DNA from: Betaproteobacteria bacterium | GTDB taxonomy: Bacteria; Pseudomonadota; Gammaproteobacteria; Burkholderiales; SG8-39 | DNA: 57,364 nt | Direction: 5' to 3' | Assembly (NCBI GenBank): GCA_034668045.1 | Contig: JAXDQC010000101.1 | Coordinates: 1 to 57,364 of the forward strand | Shown: piece by piece, positions 1 to 8,493 of the stretch | Layout: the number at the start of each line of letters is the position of its first letter | Position numbering within the stretch: position 1 is the first letter of the stretch | The notes under the pieces: model-generated | The model's database searches: none | Told to the model about the DNA's origin: nothing | Seen by the model: only the letters and a program-made list of their open reading frames with translations | Program-made: the position numbers and the translations under genes

Positions 1-182
1 GGCGTCTTGCCGCTGCCGCCCACCGTGAGGTTGCCGACCACCACCACGGCGATCCCCGGATGCACGCTTTTCAGAATCCGAAGCTTGTAAAGCGCCCGTC
101 TCCAGAATGCGAGAAATGCGAAGACGAGGCTCGCCGGCCACAGCAGCCAGGCGAGGGCGCCGCGGCGGTACCAATGCCGCAC
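1..182 (-). CDS. lpxK: tetraacyldisaccharide 4'-kinase LpxK, N-terminal fragment (gene continues past the left edge)
   Basis: Own translation of the minus strand from GTG at 182: MRHWYRRGALAWLLWPASLVFAFLAFWRRALYKLRILKSVHPGIAVVVVGNLTVGGSGKTP. The hydrophobic N-terminus plus VVGNLTxGGxGKTP P-loop is the LpxK signature. The GTG overlaps the exbD stop (TAGTG). Absent from the ORF track because it is truncated. Confidence 0.75.
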   Translation of the reverse strand, partial: MRHWYRRGALAWLLWPASLVFAFLAFWRRALYKLRILKSVHPGIAVVVVGNLTVGGSGKT

Positions 183-598
183 TATTTGCTGGACTGCGTG
201 GTGAACGTGATCTGCGAGAGGCCGGCGAGGCGCGCCGCCTCCATGATGCGCACCACGGACTGGTGCGTCGCGGTCGCGTCCGCGCTGATCACCACCACCG
301 GGTCCTTGAGGTTGGCCGAGGCGCGCCGCAGCTCGACGACGAGCTGCTCGACGGTGCGGAAGGGAACCGGGCTCTTGTTGATGACGTAATTGCCCTGCGC
401 GTTGACCAGCACCTGCACCTCGTTCGAGCGCTCGGGCTGCTTCTCCGACTCCGCGGTCGGCAGCGTGATCGCGAGCTCGGTGTACTTCGAGTACGTGGTG
501 GAGATCATCAGGAAGATGAGGATCACCATCATGACGTCGATCAGCGGCACGAGGTTGATCTCGAGCGGCTCCTTCTCCCTGCCGCGCTGGAAGTTCAC
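182..598 (-). CDS. exbD: ExbD/TolR family biopolymer transport protein
   Basis: 138 aa with one N-terminal TM segment (LVPLIDVMMVILIFLMI) followed by a soluble domain typical of ExbD/TolR. The GTG start overlaps the exbB stop by 1 nt. Confidence 0.9.
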   Translation of the reverse strand: MNFQRGREKEPLEINLVPLIDVMMVILIFLMISTTYSKYTELAITLPTAESEKQPERSNEVQVLVNAQGNYVINKSPVPFRTVEQLVVELRRASANLKDPVVVISADATATHQSVVRIMEAARLAGLSQITFTTQSSK

Positions 599-1230
599 TA
601 GGCGCGCTGCGGCGGCACCGCGTAGTCGTGGCGCTCGCCGTGCAGGATGTCGATCATCTTGGACGCCTGCTCCTCCATCTCGACCACCAGGCTGTCGACC
701 TGGTGGCGGAAGTGGCGGTAGAAGATGAGCGAGGGCACGGCGATGCCGATGCCGAAGGCGGTGTTGTAGAGCGCGATCGAGATGCCGTGCGCGAGCTGCT
801 GCGGATTGGTGCCGCTGGGCGACTGCGAGCCGAAGATCTCGATCATGCCGATCACCGTGCCGAACAGACCGAGCAGCGGCGCGGCGGTGGCAATGGTGCC
901 GAGGGTGGTGAGGAAGCGCTCAAGGTCGTGCGCCACGGCGCGTCCGGCCTCCTCGATCGCCTCCTTCATGATGTAGCGCGAGCTCTTGTGGTTACGCAGC
1001 CCAGCGGCGAGCACCGCGCCGAGGGGCGAATCCGCGGCGAGCTTCGCCAGCATCTCGTCGTTGACGCCCTGCCGCTGATAGACCGAGACCACCTGGTCGA
1101 AGAGATCCGGCGGGATGATCTTGCGGTTGCGCAGCGACACCGAGCGCTCGATGATCAGGGCCAGGGCGATGATGGAAGCGAGGAGCAGAAACCAGATGGG
1201 CCAGCCGGCGGCCTGAATGATGGCGAACAA
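598..1230 (-). CDS. exbB: MotA/TolQ/ExbB proton-channel family protein
   Basis: 210 aa. Conserved C-terminal channel region APLLGLFGTVIGMIEIF...ALYNTAFGIGIAVP. Immediately upstream of exbD. Confidence 0.9.
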   Translation of the reverse strand: MFAIIQAAGWPIWFLLLASIIALALIIERSVSLRNRKIIPPDLFDQVVSVYQRQGVNDEMLAKLAADSPLGAVLAAGLRNHKSSRYIMKEAIEEAGRAVAHDLERFLTTLGTIATAAPLLGLFGTVIGMIEIFGSQSPSGTNPQQLAHGISIALYNTAFGIGIAVPSLIFYRHFRHQVDSLVVEMEEQASKMIDILHGERHDYAVPPQRA

Positions 1231-1352
1231 CGTGTTCCCTTGTCGTTTTTAGGACGTGCTGCGGCGCGACTGTACGGCAAAGGCTCGCGGCGCGGCAAGT
1301 TTGCGCGCTGCAGCAGAAGGGCTCCGCGCGTCGCTTCAAAACGGCTACCTGT

Positions 1353-1401
1353 AGTGGATTTTGCGATATCCACAAAAACCTGTGGATAAGTTTGTGGATT
1401 G
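1353..1401. promoter_or_regulatory. cluster of four DnaA-box-like 9-mers (one perfect)
   Basis: Compared with TTATCCACA/TGTGGATAA: agtggattt 1353-1361 (6/9), atatccaca 1366-1374 (8/9), tgtggataa 1381-1389 (9/9), tgtggattg 1393-1401 (7/9). A fifth box, tgtggatag (8/9), lies at 1558-1566. GTGGAT (1354-1359) and ATCCAC (1368-1373) form an inverted repeat with an 8-nt spacer. Confidence 0.4.
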
Positions 1402-1596
1402 TTCATGAATAGAGGGCTCTCACGCAGTTAATCGAGGACGAAAGTCGGTTGCGGTCAAAATTTGAGCAGCCTTTTCACATGCGCGAACAGGGCATTAGCG
1501 AAAAGAATCGGCTTCCGCGAGTCAATCTGTCGTGTTCCGGCATCGATTCGGCCCCGGTGTGGATAGAGTGCAGGCTCGCCCGCGCCCTTGACAGCG

Positions 1597-2829
1597 ATGC
1601 CTGACAATTTTCCCGACTCTTCCCTCTCCCCGGCCGGCGGTGTAGTCACCGTCTCCGAATTGCTGCGCAGCGTGCGCGACAGCCTGGAGCGGCGCTTCCC
1701 CCTGCTGTGGGTGCGGGGCGAGATCTCGAACCTGTCGCGGGCACCTTCCGGGCACTGCTACTTCACCCTCAAGGACGGCGCCGCGCAGGTCGACTGCGTG
1801 ATGTTCCGCAGCCGCGCCGCCCTGCTCGAACGCGAGCTCGCGGACGGGGCACGGGTGGAAGCTCGCGCCCGCGTCACCCTCTACGAGCCTCGCGGGCGCT
1901 TCCAGCTGAGCGTCGAGGGCGTGCGCCAGGCCGGCATGGGGCCGCTCTACGAGCGCTTCCTGCGCGTCAAGGAGAAGCTCGAGCGCGAGGGACTGTTCGC
2001 CGCGGAGCTGAAGCGCGAGCTGCCGGCCTTCCCGCGCTGCATCGGCGTCGTCACTTCGCTCGCCGCGGCGGCGCTGCGCGACGTGCTGACGACGCTCGCG
2101 CGGCGCAATCCGTCCCTGAGCGTGGTCGTCTACCCAGTGCCGGTGCAGGGACAGGGCGCGGCCGGCCGCATCGCCGCGATGCTGGCGAAAGCGAGCGCGC
2201 GCGCCGACTGCGACCTTCTTCTGCTCGTGCGCGGCGGCGGCTCGATGGAGGACCTCTGGCAGTTCAACGAGGAATCCGTGGCGCGGGCGATCCGCGCCTC
2301 GCGCATTCCCGTGGTGGTCGGCGTTGGCCACGAGACCGACTTCACGATCGCCGACTTCGCCGCCGATGCGCGCGCGCCGACGCCGACCGCGGCGGCGGAG
2401 ATGGCGAGCCCGTCGCGCGCCGAGCTGCTCGGCCGCCTTGCCGCCTGCGTGCAGCACGTCGCGCGCGAGATGCGCCGGCGCCTCGAGTACGCCGCGCAGG
2501 GACTCGACGGCTGGGCGCGGCGCCTCGTGCACCCGGCGGCGCGCCTGGCCGCGCACCGCGACCGGGTGCTGCAGCTGAACGCGCGCCTCGCTTTCGCGCT
2601 CGCGCATTGCGTGCATCGCTCGGCGTCGCGCCTGGAGCGGCTGCAGGCGGCGCTCGCCGGACTCGACCCCACAGCGGTGCTCGCGCGCGGCTACAGCATC
2701 ACCTACGACGCCGCCGGCTCGGTGCTGCGCGACGCGGCGAACGTCAAAGAAGGTGAACGCGTGCGCGCGCGATTGGCGCAGGGCGAGCTGCTGCTGCTCG
2801 TCGAAGGGAAGAAGAAACCGAACCTATAA
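1597..2829 (+). CDS. xseA: exodeoxyribonuclease VII large subunit
   Basis: N-terminal OB-fold region (VSELLRSVRDSLE...LWVRGEISN) and catalytic core (LLLVRGGGSMEDLWQFNEE, VGVGHETDFTIADFAAD). ATG at 1597 preferred over the TTG at 1588 used by the ORF track. Confidence 0.93.
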   Translation: MPDNFPDSSLSPAGGVVTVSELLRSVRDSLERRFPLLWVRGEISNLSRAPSGHCYFTLKDGAAQVDCVMFRSRAALLERELADGARVEARARVTLYEPRGRFQLSVEGVRQAGMGPLYERFLRVKEKLEREGLFAAELKRELPAFPRCIGVVTSLAAAALRDVLTTLARRNPSLSVVVYPVPVQGQGAAGRIAAMLAKASARADCDLLLLVRGGGSMEDLWQFNEESVARAIRASRIPVVVGVGHETDFTIADFAADARAPTPTAAAEMASPSRAELLGRLAACVQHVAREMRRRLEYAAQGLDGWARRLVHPAARLAAHRDRVLQLNARLAFALAHCVHRSASRLERLQAALAGLDPTAVLARGYSITYDAAGSVLRDAANVKEGERVRARLAQGELLLLVEGKKKPNL

Positions 2830-2836
2830 TCGGCCC

Positions 2837-3391
2837 ATGGGCCACCGGCTGTCGAAGATCACCACCCGTACCGGCGACGCCGGCGAAACGGGGCTCGGCG
2901 ACGGCTCGCGCGTCTCGAAAGACAGCGCCCGCGTGCACGCGCTGGGCGATCTCGACGAGTTGAACAGCGTCATCGGCCTGGTGCTGGCGGAGGACGTGCC
3001 GGAAGCGATGCGCGAGGTGCTCGTCCAGGTGCAGCACGACCTCTTCGACCTCGGCGGCGAGATCAGCATTCCCGGCCATGTGCTCCTCAAGCCCGCGCGC
3101 GTCGATGCGCTCGAAGCGGCGCTCGAGGACTGGAATGCCGGCCTCGCGCCGCTGAAGGAATTCATCCTGCCCGGCGGCACGCGCGCCGCGGCGGCGGCGC
3201 ATCTCGCGCGCACGGTGTGCCGCCGCGCCGAGCGCAGCGTCGTCGCGCTCGGACGCAAGGACAAGGTGGGCGCTCCCGCGCGGCGCTATCTCAACAGGCT
3301 CTCCGACCTGCTGTTCGTCGCCGGGCGCCTGCTCAACCGCCACGGCGGGCAGACGGACGTGCAATGGCGCCACGAGAAGGCGAAGCGCTGA
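2837..3391 (+). CDS. PduO-type ATP:cob(I)alamin adenosyltransferase
   Basis: Starts MGHRLSKITTRTGDAGETGL. Contains ALGDLDELNSVIGL and HLARTVCRRAER, as in PduO/MMAB-type adenosyltransferases. ATG at 2837 lies inside the longer track ORF 2753..3391. Confidence 0.88.
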   Translation: MGHRLSKITTRTGDAGETGLGDGSRVSKDSARVHALGDLDELNSVIGLVLAEDVPEAMREVLVQVQHDLFDLGGEISIPGHVLLKPARVDALEAALEDWNAGLAPLKEFILPGGTRAAAAAHLARTVCRRAERSVVALGRKDKVGAPARRYLNRLSDLLFVAGRLLNRHGGQTDVQWRHEKAKR

Positions 3392-3792
3392 AGCCGCGCC
3401 ACCGCGTCCTGATCGTCGACGACGAGGAGTCGACGCGCCTGCTGCTCGCCAGCATGCTGGCGAAGGACCTGGGCGTCGACGCGCAGCTCGCCGGCACCTG
3501 CGAGCAGGCGCTGCGCCTCGCGGGCAACTACGCCTATGACGCGATCCTGCTCGATCTCCTGATGCCGGGCATCGGCGGCGTCGGCGTGCTGCGCGAGGTC
3601 AGGCAGGCGACGCCCAACGCCGGCACGCCGGTGATCATCGTCTCCGTCGTCAGCGACAAGGCGACGATCGATACCTGCATGTCCGCGGGCGCCAATGCCT
3701 ATCACATCAAGCCGGTGCGGCGCGCCGAGCTGGTGGCGACGGTCAAGGCGCAGATCGCCGGGCGCGGCAAACCGAAACCCGTCACGAGGTAG
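3364..3792 (+). CDS. single-domain response regulator (receiver only)
   Basis: RVLIVDDEES...AILLDLLMPGIGG...PVIIVS...AYHIKP is the CheY-like acidic pocket, phospho-Asp and conserved Lys pattern. No output domain. The start at ATG 3364 overlaps the preceding gene by 28 nt, so the exact start is uncertain. Confidence 0.8.
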   Translation: MAPREGEALKPRHRVLIVDDEESTRLLLASMLAKDLGVDAQLAGTCEQALRLAGNYAYDAILLDLLMPGIGGVGVLREVRQATPNAGTPVIIVSVVSDKATIDTCMSAGANAYHIKPVRRAELVATVKAQIAGRGKPKPVTR

Positions 3793-3797
3793 GAACC

Positions 3798-4181
3798 ATG
3801 GCCGATATCAAGATCACCAACGTCGAATCCCTAGGAAAACCCGTGGGTCCCTATTCCCACCTGGCCCGCGTCAAGAGCGCCGAGACGCTGTACATCGCCG
3901 GCATGCTGGCGCCCGGCGATTCCTTCGAGGCGCAATGCGCCGCGGTCTACGCGCAGATCGAGCAGGCGCTCAAGTCCGCGGGCGCCGGCTGGCGCAACGT
4001 GGCGCAATTCACCACCTACCTCGTGCATTCCCAGGACATCGCCAGGTTCTACCGCTGGCGCGAGCAGAACTACCCGAAGATGTTTGCCGACGGGAAGTAC
4101 CCGCCGAACACGCTGCTCATCATCGACCGGCTCGTGCAGGAACAATTCCTGATCGAGATCCAGACCATCGCAGCCCTCTAG
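3798..4181 (+). CDS. RidA/YjgF/UK114 family protein
   Basis: 127 aa. GPYSHLARV...LYIAGM...TTYL...IEIQTIA matches the RidA fold pattern. Confidence 0.85.
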   Translation: MADIKITNVESLGKPVGPYSHLARVKSAETLYIAGMLAPGDSFEAQCAAVYAQIEQALKSAGAGWRNVAQFTTYLVHSQDIARFYRWREQNYPKMFADGKYPPNTLLIIDRLVQEQFLIEIQTIAAL

Positions 4182-5137
4182 TCGGCGGTTGCCCCGGAGC
4201 GTTTCACCAGTTCCGAGTAGGTCTTCAGTTCTTTCTGCACGAACGCCGTGAATTCAGACGGCGAGCGCACGTTCAGCGCATCCGAGCCCATCGCCCGTAG
4301 CCTCTCCTTCACGTCCGGCTGCTCGAGGCCAGCGAGAATCTCGCGCGACAGACGTTCGACGATTTCCGGCGGCGTCTTCGCCGGCGCCATCACGCCCCAC
4401 CAGGTGGTGAGGTCGAAGCCGGACAGGCCGGATTCATGGAGAGTTGGGATGTCTGGCAGGAAAGAGGTTCTTTCCCGGGTGGTGACGGCAAGCGCCCTCA
4501 CCTTGCCGGCCTTGATGTTGGGCAGCGCGCTGGCGAGGTTGTCGAACATGAGATGGACGCGGCCGGCGAGGAGGTCGAGCACGGCCGGCGCCGACCCCTT
4601 GTACGGCACGTGCACCATCTCCGTACCTGTCATCTGCTTGAAGAGCTCGCCGGCGAGGTGGCCGGTCGAGCCGGTCGAGCCCGAGGCGAAGTCGAATTTC
4701 CCGGGGCTCTGTCTTACCAGACGAACAAGTTCCTGAACCTTCCGCGCGGGCACGTCGTTGTTCACGACCAGCACGTTCGGCACCTGCACCACCAGTGCGA
4801 CGTGGCGGAAGTCCCGCACCGGGTCGTAAGGGAACTTCGCATACAGCGTCGGATTGATGGCGTGCGTCGCGATGGCCCCCATGACGAGCGTATAGCCGTC
4901 AGGAGCGCTTTTCGCGACCGCGTCGGCGCCGAGGTTGCCGCCCGCACCGGGCTTGTTGTCGACCACCACGGGCTGTGCCAGCGCCTTCTGCAGCGGCACG
5001 GCGAGCACACGGGCGGAGACGTCGACCGGCCCGCCGGAGGCGTAAGGGACGATGAGGTGGATGGGCCGTGCGGGCCAGTCGGCCCTGGCGGCGGGAAAGA
5101 CGGCGGCCGCCAGTGCGGCAACGACTAGCCGCCGCAC
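4178..5137 (-). CDS. tctC: tripartite tricarboxylate transporter substrate-binding protein (Bug/TctC family)
   Basis: GTG at 5137 gives MRRLVVAALAAAVFPAARADWPARPIHLIVPYASGGPVDV..., a signal peptide plus the Bug-family hallmark. The track ORF 4178..6376 is an in-frame upstream run-on. Confidence 0.9.
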   Translation of the reverse strand: MRRLVVAALAAAVFPAARADWPARPIHLIVPYASGGPVDVSARVLAVPLQKALAQPVVVDNKPGAGGNLGADAVAKSAPDGYTLVMGAIATHAINPTLYAKFPYDPVRDFRHVALVVQVPNVLVVNNDVPARKVQELVRLVRQSPGKFDFASGSTGSTGHLAGELFKQMTGTEMVHVPYKGSAPAVLDLLAGRVHLMFDNLASALPNIKAGKVRALAVTTRERTSFLPDIPTLHESGLSGFDLTTWWGVMAPAKTPPEIVERLSREILAGLEQPDVKERLRAMGSDALNVRSPSEFTAFVQKELKTYSELVKRSGATAD

Positions 5138-5145
5138 CGCTGCCG

Positions 5146-6654
5146 CTACTTCGTTTCCTCGGCGAACGCCTCTTCGCGCTTCTTGCGGATCGCTGGCAGC
5201 GCGACGACGACGAGCAGGATCAGCGAGGCGATCATGAACGCGGCGCTGATCGGCTTGGTGAAGAACACGGTCGGGTCGCCGCGCGAGAGCAGCATCGCCC
5301 GCCGCAGGTTCTCCTCCATCAGCGGCCCGAGGATGAAGCCGAGGATCATCGGCGCCGGCTCGCATTCGAGCTTCGAGCAGATGTAGCCGAGGACGCCGAA
5401 GATCGCCATGATCAGCACGTCGAAGGGGTTGTTCGACAGGCTGTAGACGCCGATCGCCATGAACACCAGGATCGAGGGGAAGAGGTAGCGGTACGGGACG
5501 GTCAGCAGCTTCACCCACATGCCGATCAGCGGCAGGTTGAGCACCACCAGCATCAGGTTGCCGATCCACATCGAGGCGATCAGGCCCCAGAAGAGCTCCG
5601 GCTTCTCGTTCATCACCTGCGGTCCGGGCGCGATGCCCTGGATCATGAGAGCGCCGATCATCAGCGCCATCACCGCGTTGCCGGGGATGCCGAGCGTCAG
5701 CATCGGAATGAAGGGAGTCTGCGCGCCGGCGTTGTTGGCCGCCTCGGGGCCGGCAACGCCTTCGATGGCGCCCTTGCCGAAGCGCTCGGGATGCTTGGCG
5801 AGCTTCTTCTCCACCGTGTAGGCGCCGAAGGACGAGAGCAGCGCGCCGCCGCCGGGCAGGATGCCGAGGCAGGAGCCGAGCGCGGTGCCGCGCAGCACCG
5901 CGGGCCAGGCGGCCTTGAAGTCTTCCATGGTCAGCCAGAGGTTCTTCACCTTGGCGGCGAAAACCTCGCGCTTTTCGCCCTGCTCGAGGTTGAGGATGAT
6001 CTCGGTCGCGCCGAACATGCCCATGGCGACGATGACGAAGCCGATGCCGTCGGAGAGCTCGGGGACATCGAAGGTGAAGCGCAGCACGCCGGAATTGACG
6101 TCGGTGCCGATGATGCCGAACAGCAGCCCCCAGACCACCATCGCGATCGCCTTGATCAGCGAGCCGTGCGCCAGCACCGTGGCGGCGATCAGGCCGAACA
6201 CCATGAGCGAGAAGTATTCGGAGGGGCCGAACTTCAGCGCCACCTCGGCGAGCGGCGGCGCCGCCACGGCGATGATCAGCGTCGCGACGCAACCGGCAAA
6301 GAACGAGCCGATCGCAGCGGTGGCGAGCGCCGGCCCTGCGCGGCCCTGCCGCGCCATCTGATAGCCGTCGAGGCACGTGACCACCGAGGACGATTCGCCC
6401 GGGATGTTGACCAGGATGGCGGTGGTCGAGCCGCCGTACTGCGCGCCGTAGTAGATGCCGGCGAGCATGATCAGCGCCGACAGCGGGTTCAGGTTGAAGG
6501 TGATCGGCAGCAGCATGGCGATGGTCGCCACCGGGCCGATGCCCGGCAGGACGCCGATCAGCGTGCCGAGGATACAGCCGACGAACGCATAAAAAAGGTT
6601 CTGCAGCGTGAGCGCCACAGTGAAGCCCAACCAGAGATTAGCGAAGACATCCAT
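5146..6654 (-). CDS. tctA: tripartite tricarboxylate transporter permease, large subunit
   Basis: 502-aa polytopic membrane protein of TctA type (GVLPGIGPVATIAMLLP..., GILPGGGALLSSF). Confidence 0.93.
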   Translation of the reverse strand: MDVFANLWLGFTVALTLQNLFYAFVGCILGTLIGVLPGIGPVATIAMLLPITFNLNPLSALIMLAGIYYGAQYGGSTTAILVNIPGESSSVVTCLDGYQMARQGRAGPALATAAIGSFFAGCVATLIIAVAAPPLAEVALKFGPSEYFSLMVFGLIAATVLAHGSLIKAIAMVVWGLLFGIIGTDVNSGVLRFTFDVPELSDGIGFVIVAMGMFGATEIILNLEQGEKREVFAAKVKNLWLTMEDFKAAWPAVLRGTALGSCLGILPGGGALLSSFGAYTVEKKLAKHPERFGKGAIEGVAGPEAANNAGAQTPFIPMLTLGIPGNAVMALMIGALMIQGIAPGPQVMNEKPELFWGLIASMWIGNLMLVVLNLPLIGMWVKLLTVPYRYLFPSILVFMAIGVYSLSNNPFDVLIMAIFGVLGYICSKLECEPAPMILGFILGPLMEENLRRAMLLSRGDPTVFFTKPISAAFMIASLILLVVVALPAIRKKREEAFAEETK

Positions 6655-6664
6655 GGGGGCTCCG

Positions 6665-7120
6665 TTAGCTGTAGGCCGCGGGCCAGAGCGGAAAGGGCAG
6701 CGACAGGCCCTTCACGAACACCAGCCACGAGAAGATGATCAGAACGACGTAGAGAATGGTCACTTCCTTCCAGCGGAACTCGTGGCCGCCGAGCGCGCCG
6801 ACGTACACCAGCGCCGCCGTGGCGCCGACCAGGCCGAGCGGCTTCATCAGATAGCCATAGAGCACCAAGCCTATGGAAATAAAGACGAGCGGGCGGAAGA
6901 TGAACGGCGGCACCTTCGGCCCTTCGACCGCCAGCGAGCCGGCGAGGATGATCAGGCCGAGCACCACCATCAGAGCGCCGAGCATGGTCGGAAAGTACGC
7001 GGGTCCCATGCGAACCGCGGTGCCCATCTGATAGTGCGTGATCGCCCAGATGGCGAAGAACAGCCCTGACGCAACGAACATCAGGCCAGACCAGAAGTCC
7101 TTGGGACTCTTGATTTTCAT
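6665..7120 (-). CDS. tctB: tripartite tricarboxylate transporter small subunit (TctB family)
   Basis: About 151-aa 4-TM protein directly upstream of tctA. ATG at 7120 is preceded by GGAGGAG. The track start at 7174 is less likely. Confidence 0.8.
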   Translation of the reverse strand: MKIKSPKDFWSGLMFVASGLFFAIWAITHYQMGTAVRMGPAYFPTMLGALMVVLGLIILAGSLAVEGPKVPPFIFRPLVFISIGLVLYGYLMKPLGLVGATAALVYVGALGGHEFRWKEVTILYVVLIIFSWLVFVKGLSLPFPLWPAAYS

Positions 7121-7199
7121 TCTCTCCTCCGGCGCCGCTCGATGCGGTCTTTTGCCCTCCTCGAAAGGCGGCAAAGTGTAACACGCACTTTTGCTCTGG

Positions 7200-7835
7200 C
7201 TAGCTTGCGGCGGGGGTCAGGAACTGTCTGCGCCGGCCGAGGCGCTCGACGTCGGCCGGCCGATCGACATCCCACACCGTGCGCAACGCGCGCCAGCGCA
7301 AACACTGCCGCGCGAAGCGCTCCACAGTCTGGGCACAGACTTCATTCCCGCCCCAGTCGATGCGCTCGAAAACGGGGCGCCGGGCGCGGCGACAGCCGAT
7401 CAGGGCATAGCCGCCATCCTCCGCCGGCGCGATCACGACGTCGCACCCCGAACGCAGCAGCCGCAGCGCGCGCCGCAGGTCGGTCGCGCGCAGCTCCGGG
7501 GCATCGACGCCGATCAGCAGCGCATACCGGTGCCGGCGCAGCGCCATGCGCAGCGCGTGGTGCATGCGCTCACCCAGATCGTTGCCGGACTGCTCGTGCA
7601 GGCCGATGGCGTACCGGTGCCGCAGCCGCTGGAAAAAGGGGTGGGCAGCGCGCGGCGTGCCATGCAGCTCGACCGGCCCGCAGCGCGATGCGACCGCGCT
7701 CTGCACCGCGCGCTCCGTCAGCCTCGCCTGCAGGCGCGCAGCGCCCCAGGCACCGAGCTTCGCCACCAGCCGCGTTTTCGCGCGCCCCGGCAGCGGCGCG
7801 CGCGCGAAGACGATCACCGCGGCGTCAGCGCTCAT
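7200..7835 (-). CDS. DUF2064 / TIGR04282-like nucleotidyl- or glycosyl-transferase-like protein
   Basis: N-terminus AVIVFARAPLPGRAKTRL and LLIGVDAPEL...VIAPAEDGGYALIG match the DUF2064 (CofC/MobA-like fold) pattern as I remember it. Overlaps the upstream GT2 gene by 11 nt. Confidence 0.75.
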   Translation of the reverse strand: MSADAAVIVFARAPLPGRAKTRLVAKLGAWGAARLQARLTERAVQSAVASRCGPVELHGTPRAAHPFFQRLRHRYAIGLHEQSGNDLGERMHHALRMALRRHRYALLIGVDAPELRATDLRRALRLLRSGCDVVIAPAEDGGYALIGCRRARRPVFERIDWGGNEVCAQTVERFARQCLRWRALRTVWDVDRPADVERLGRRRQFLTPAAS

Positions 7836-8490
7836 ACAGCCTCGCCAGGCTCGCGGGATCGGCTCCCATTGCGTAGAGAAAACGGATGCGCCACATCAGG
7901 AGCACGGTGCGCACCACCCCCCTCGACTCCCAGCGCCGCCCCGAGGTCGTGACCTTTTCGTGCAGGCAGGCGGGCCGCGAGCGGCGCTTCATCACCTTGC
8001 TGAACGCCACGTCCTCCATCAGCGGCAACTCGGGAAAACCCGGGAAGGCCTCGCGGCGAACGAAGATCGCCTGGTCGCCAGTGGCGATGCCAGTGAGCCG
8101 CGAGCGCAGGTTCATCGACCAGGCGACGACCTTGAGCAGCGGATGACGCCCCTCGATCTGCACGTCGAACCTGCCCCAGAGGAAACCCTGGACAAGTTCA
8201 TCGGCATTGGACGGCAGGCGGGTATCCGCGTGCAGGAAAACCAGGACATCGCCTTTCGCCTCGCGCGCGCCGGCGTTCATTTGCATGGCCCGGCCGCGCG
8301 GCGCGGCCAGTACGCGGTCGCAAAGGCTGCTGGCGAGCTGCGCAGTGCCGTCATCGCTGCCGCCGTCGACGACGATGACTTCATGGCCGCGCCGGCGAAG
8401 TGGCGCGAGCGCCGCCAGCGCGTCGCGGATGCCCGCGGCCTCGTTCAGCGCCGGGACGACGATCGAAAGTCGTTCAGAACAAACCGGCAA
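7825..8490 (-). CDS. family 2 glycosyltransferase (TIGR04283-like)
   Basis: LSIVVPALNEAAGI...EVIVVDGGSDDGT...VLVFLHADTRLP is a GT-A/GT2 nucleotide-sugar binding pattern. Starts 3 nt after the upstream gene's stop. Confidence 0.8.
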   Translation of the reverse strand: MPVCSERLSIVVPALNEAAGIRDALAALAPLRRRGHEVIVVDGGSDDGTAQLASSLCDRVLAAPRGRAMQMNAGAREAKGDVLVFLHADTRLPSNADELVQGFLWGRFDVQIEGRHPLLKVVAWSMNLRSRLTGIATGDQAIFVRREAFPGFPELPLMEDVAFSKVMKRRSRPACLHEKVTTSGRRWESRGVVRTVLLMWRIRFLYAMGADPASLARLYER

Positions 8491-8493
8491 GGA

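Noticed and set aside
1353-1410. Possible Fur box upstream of exbB (gataagtttgtggattgttcatgaata).
   Set aside because: It matches GATAATGATAATCATTATC poorly by eye, and the DnaA-box reading explains the repeated GTGGAT cores better.
1231-1587. Possibility that the DnaA-box cluster marks the chromosomal origin (oriC).
   Set aside because: There is no dnaA, dnaN, rpmH, gidA or parAB nearby. There are no obvious AT-rich 13-mer unwinding repeats and no GATC clustering, and the region is only moderately AT-enriched. It is kept as a lower-key regulatory or titration-site hypothesis.
4178-6376. 732-aa minus-strand ORF apparently spanning tctC and most of tctA.
   Set aside because: Only the last 319 codons (from GTG 5137) form a Bug/TctC protein with a signal peptide. 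The upstream part is an out-of-frame run-on over tctA. The same logic was applied to 20474..22198, 27893..28735, 32124..33230, 41844..43184, 44114..45088 and 48115..49350.
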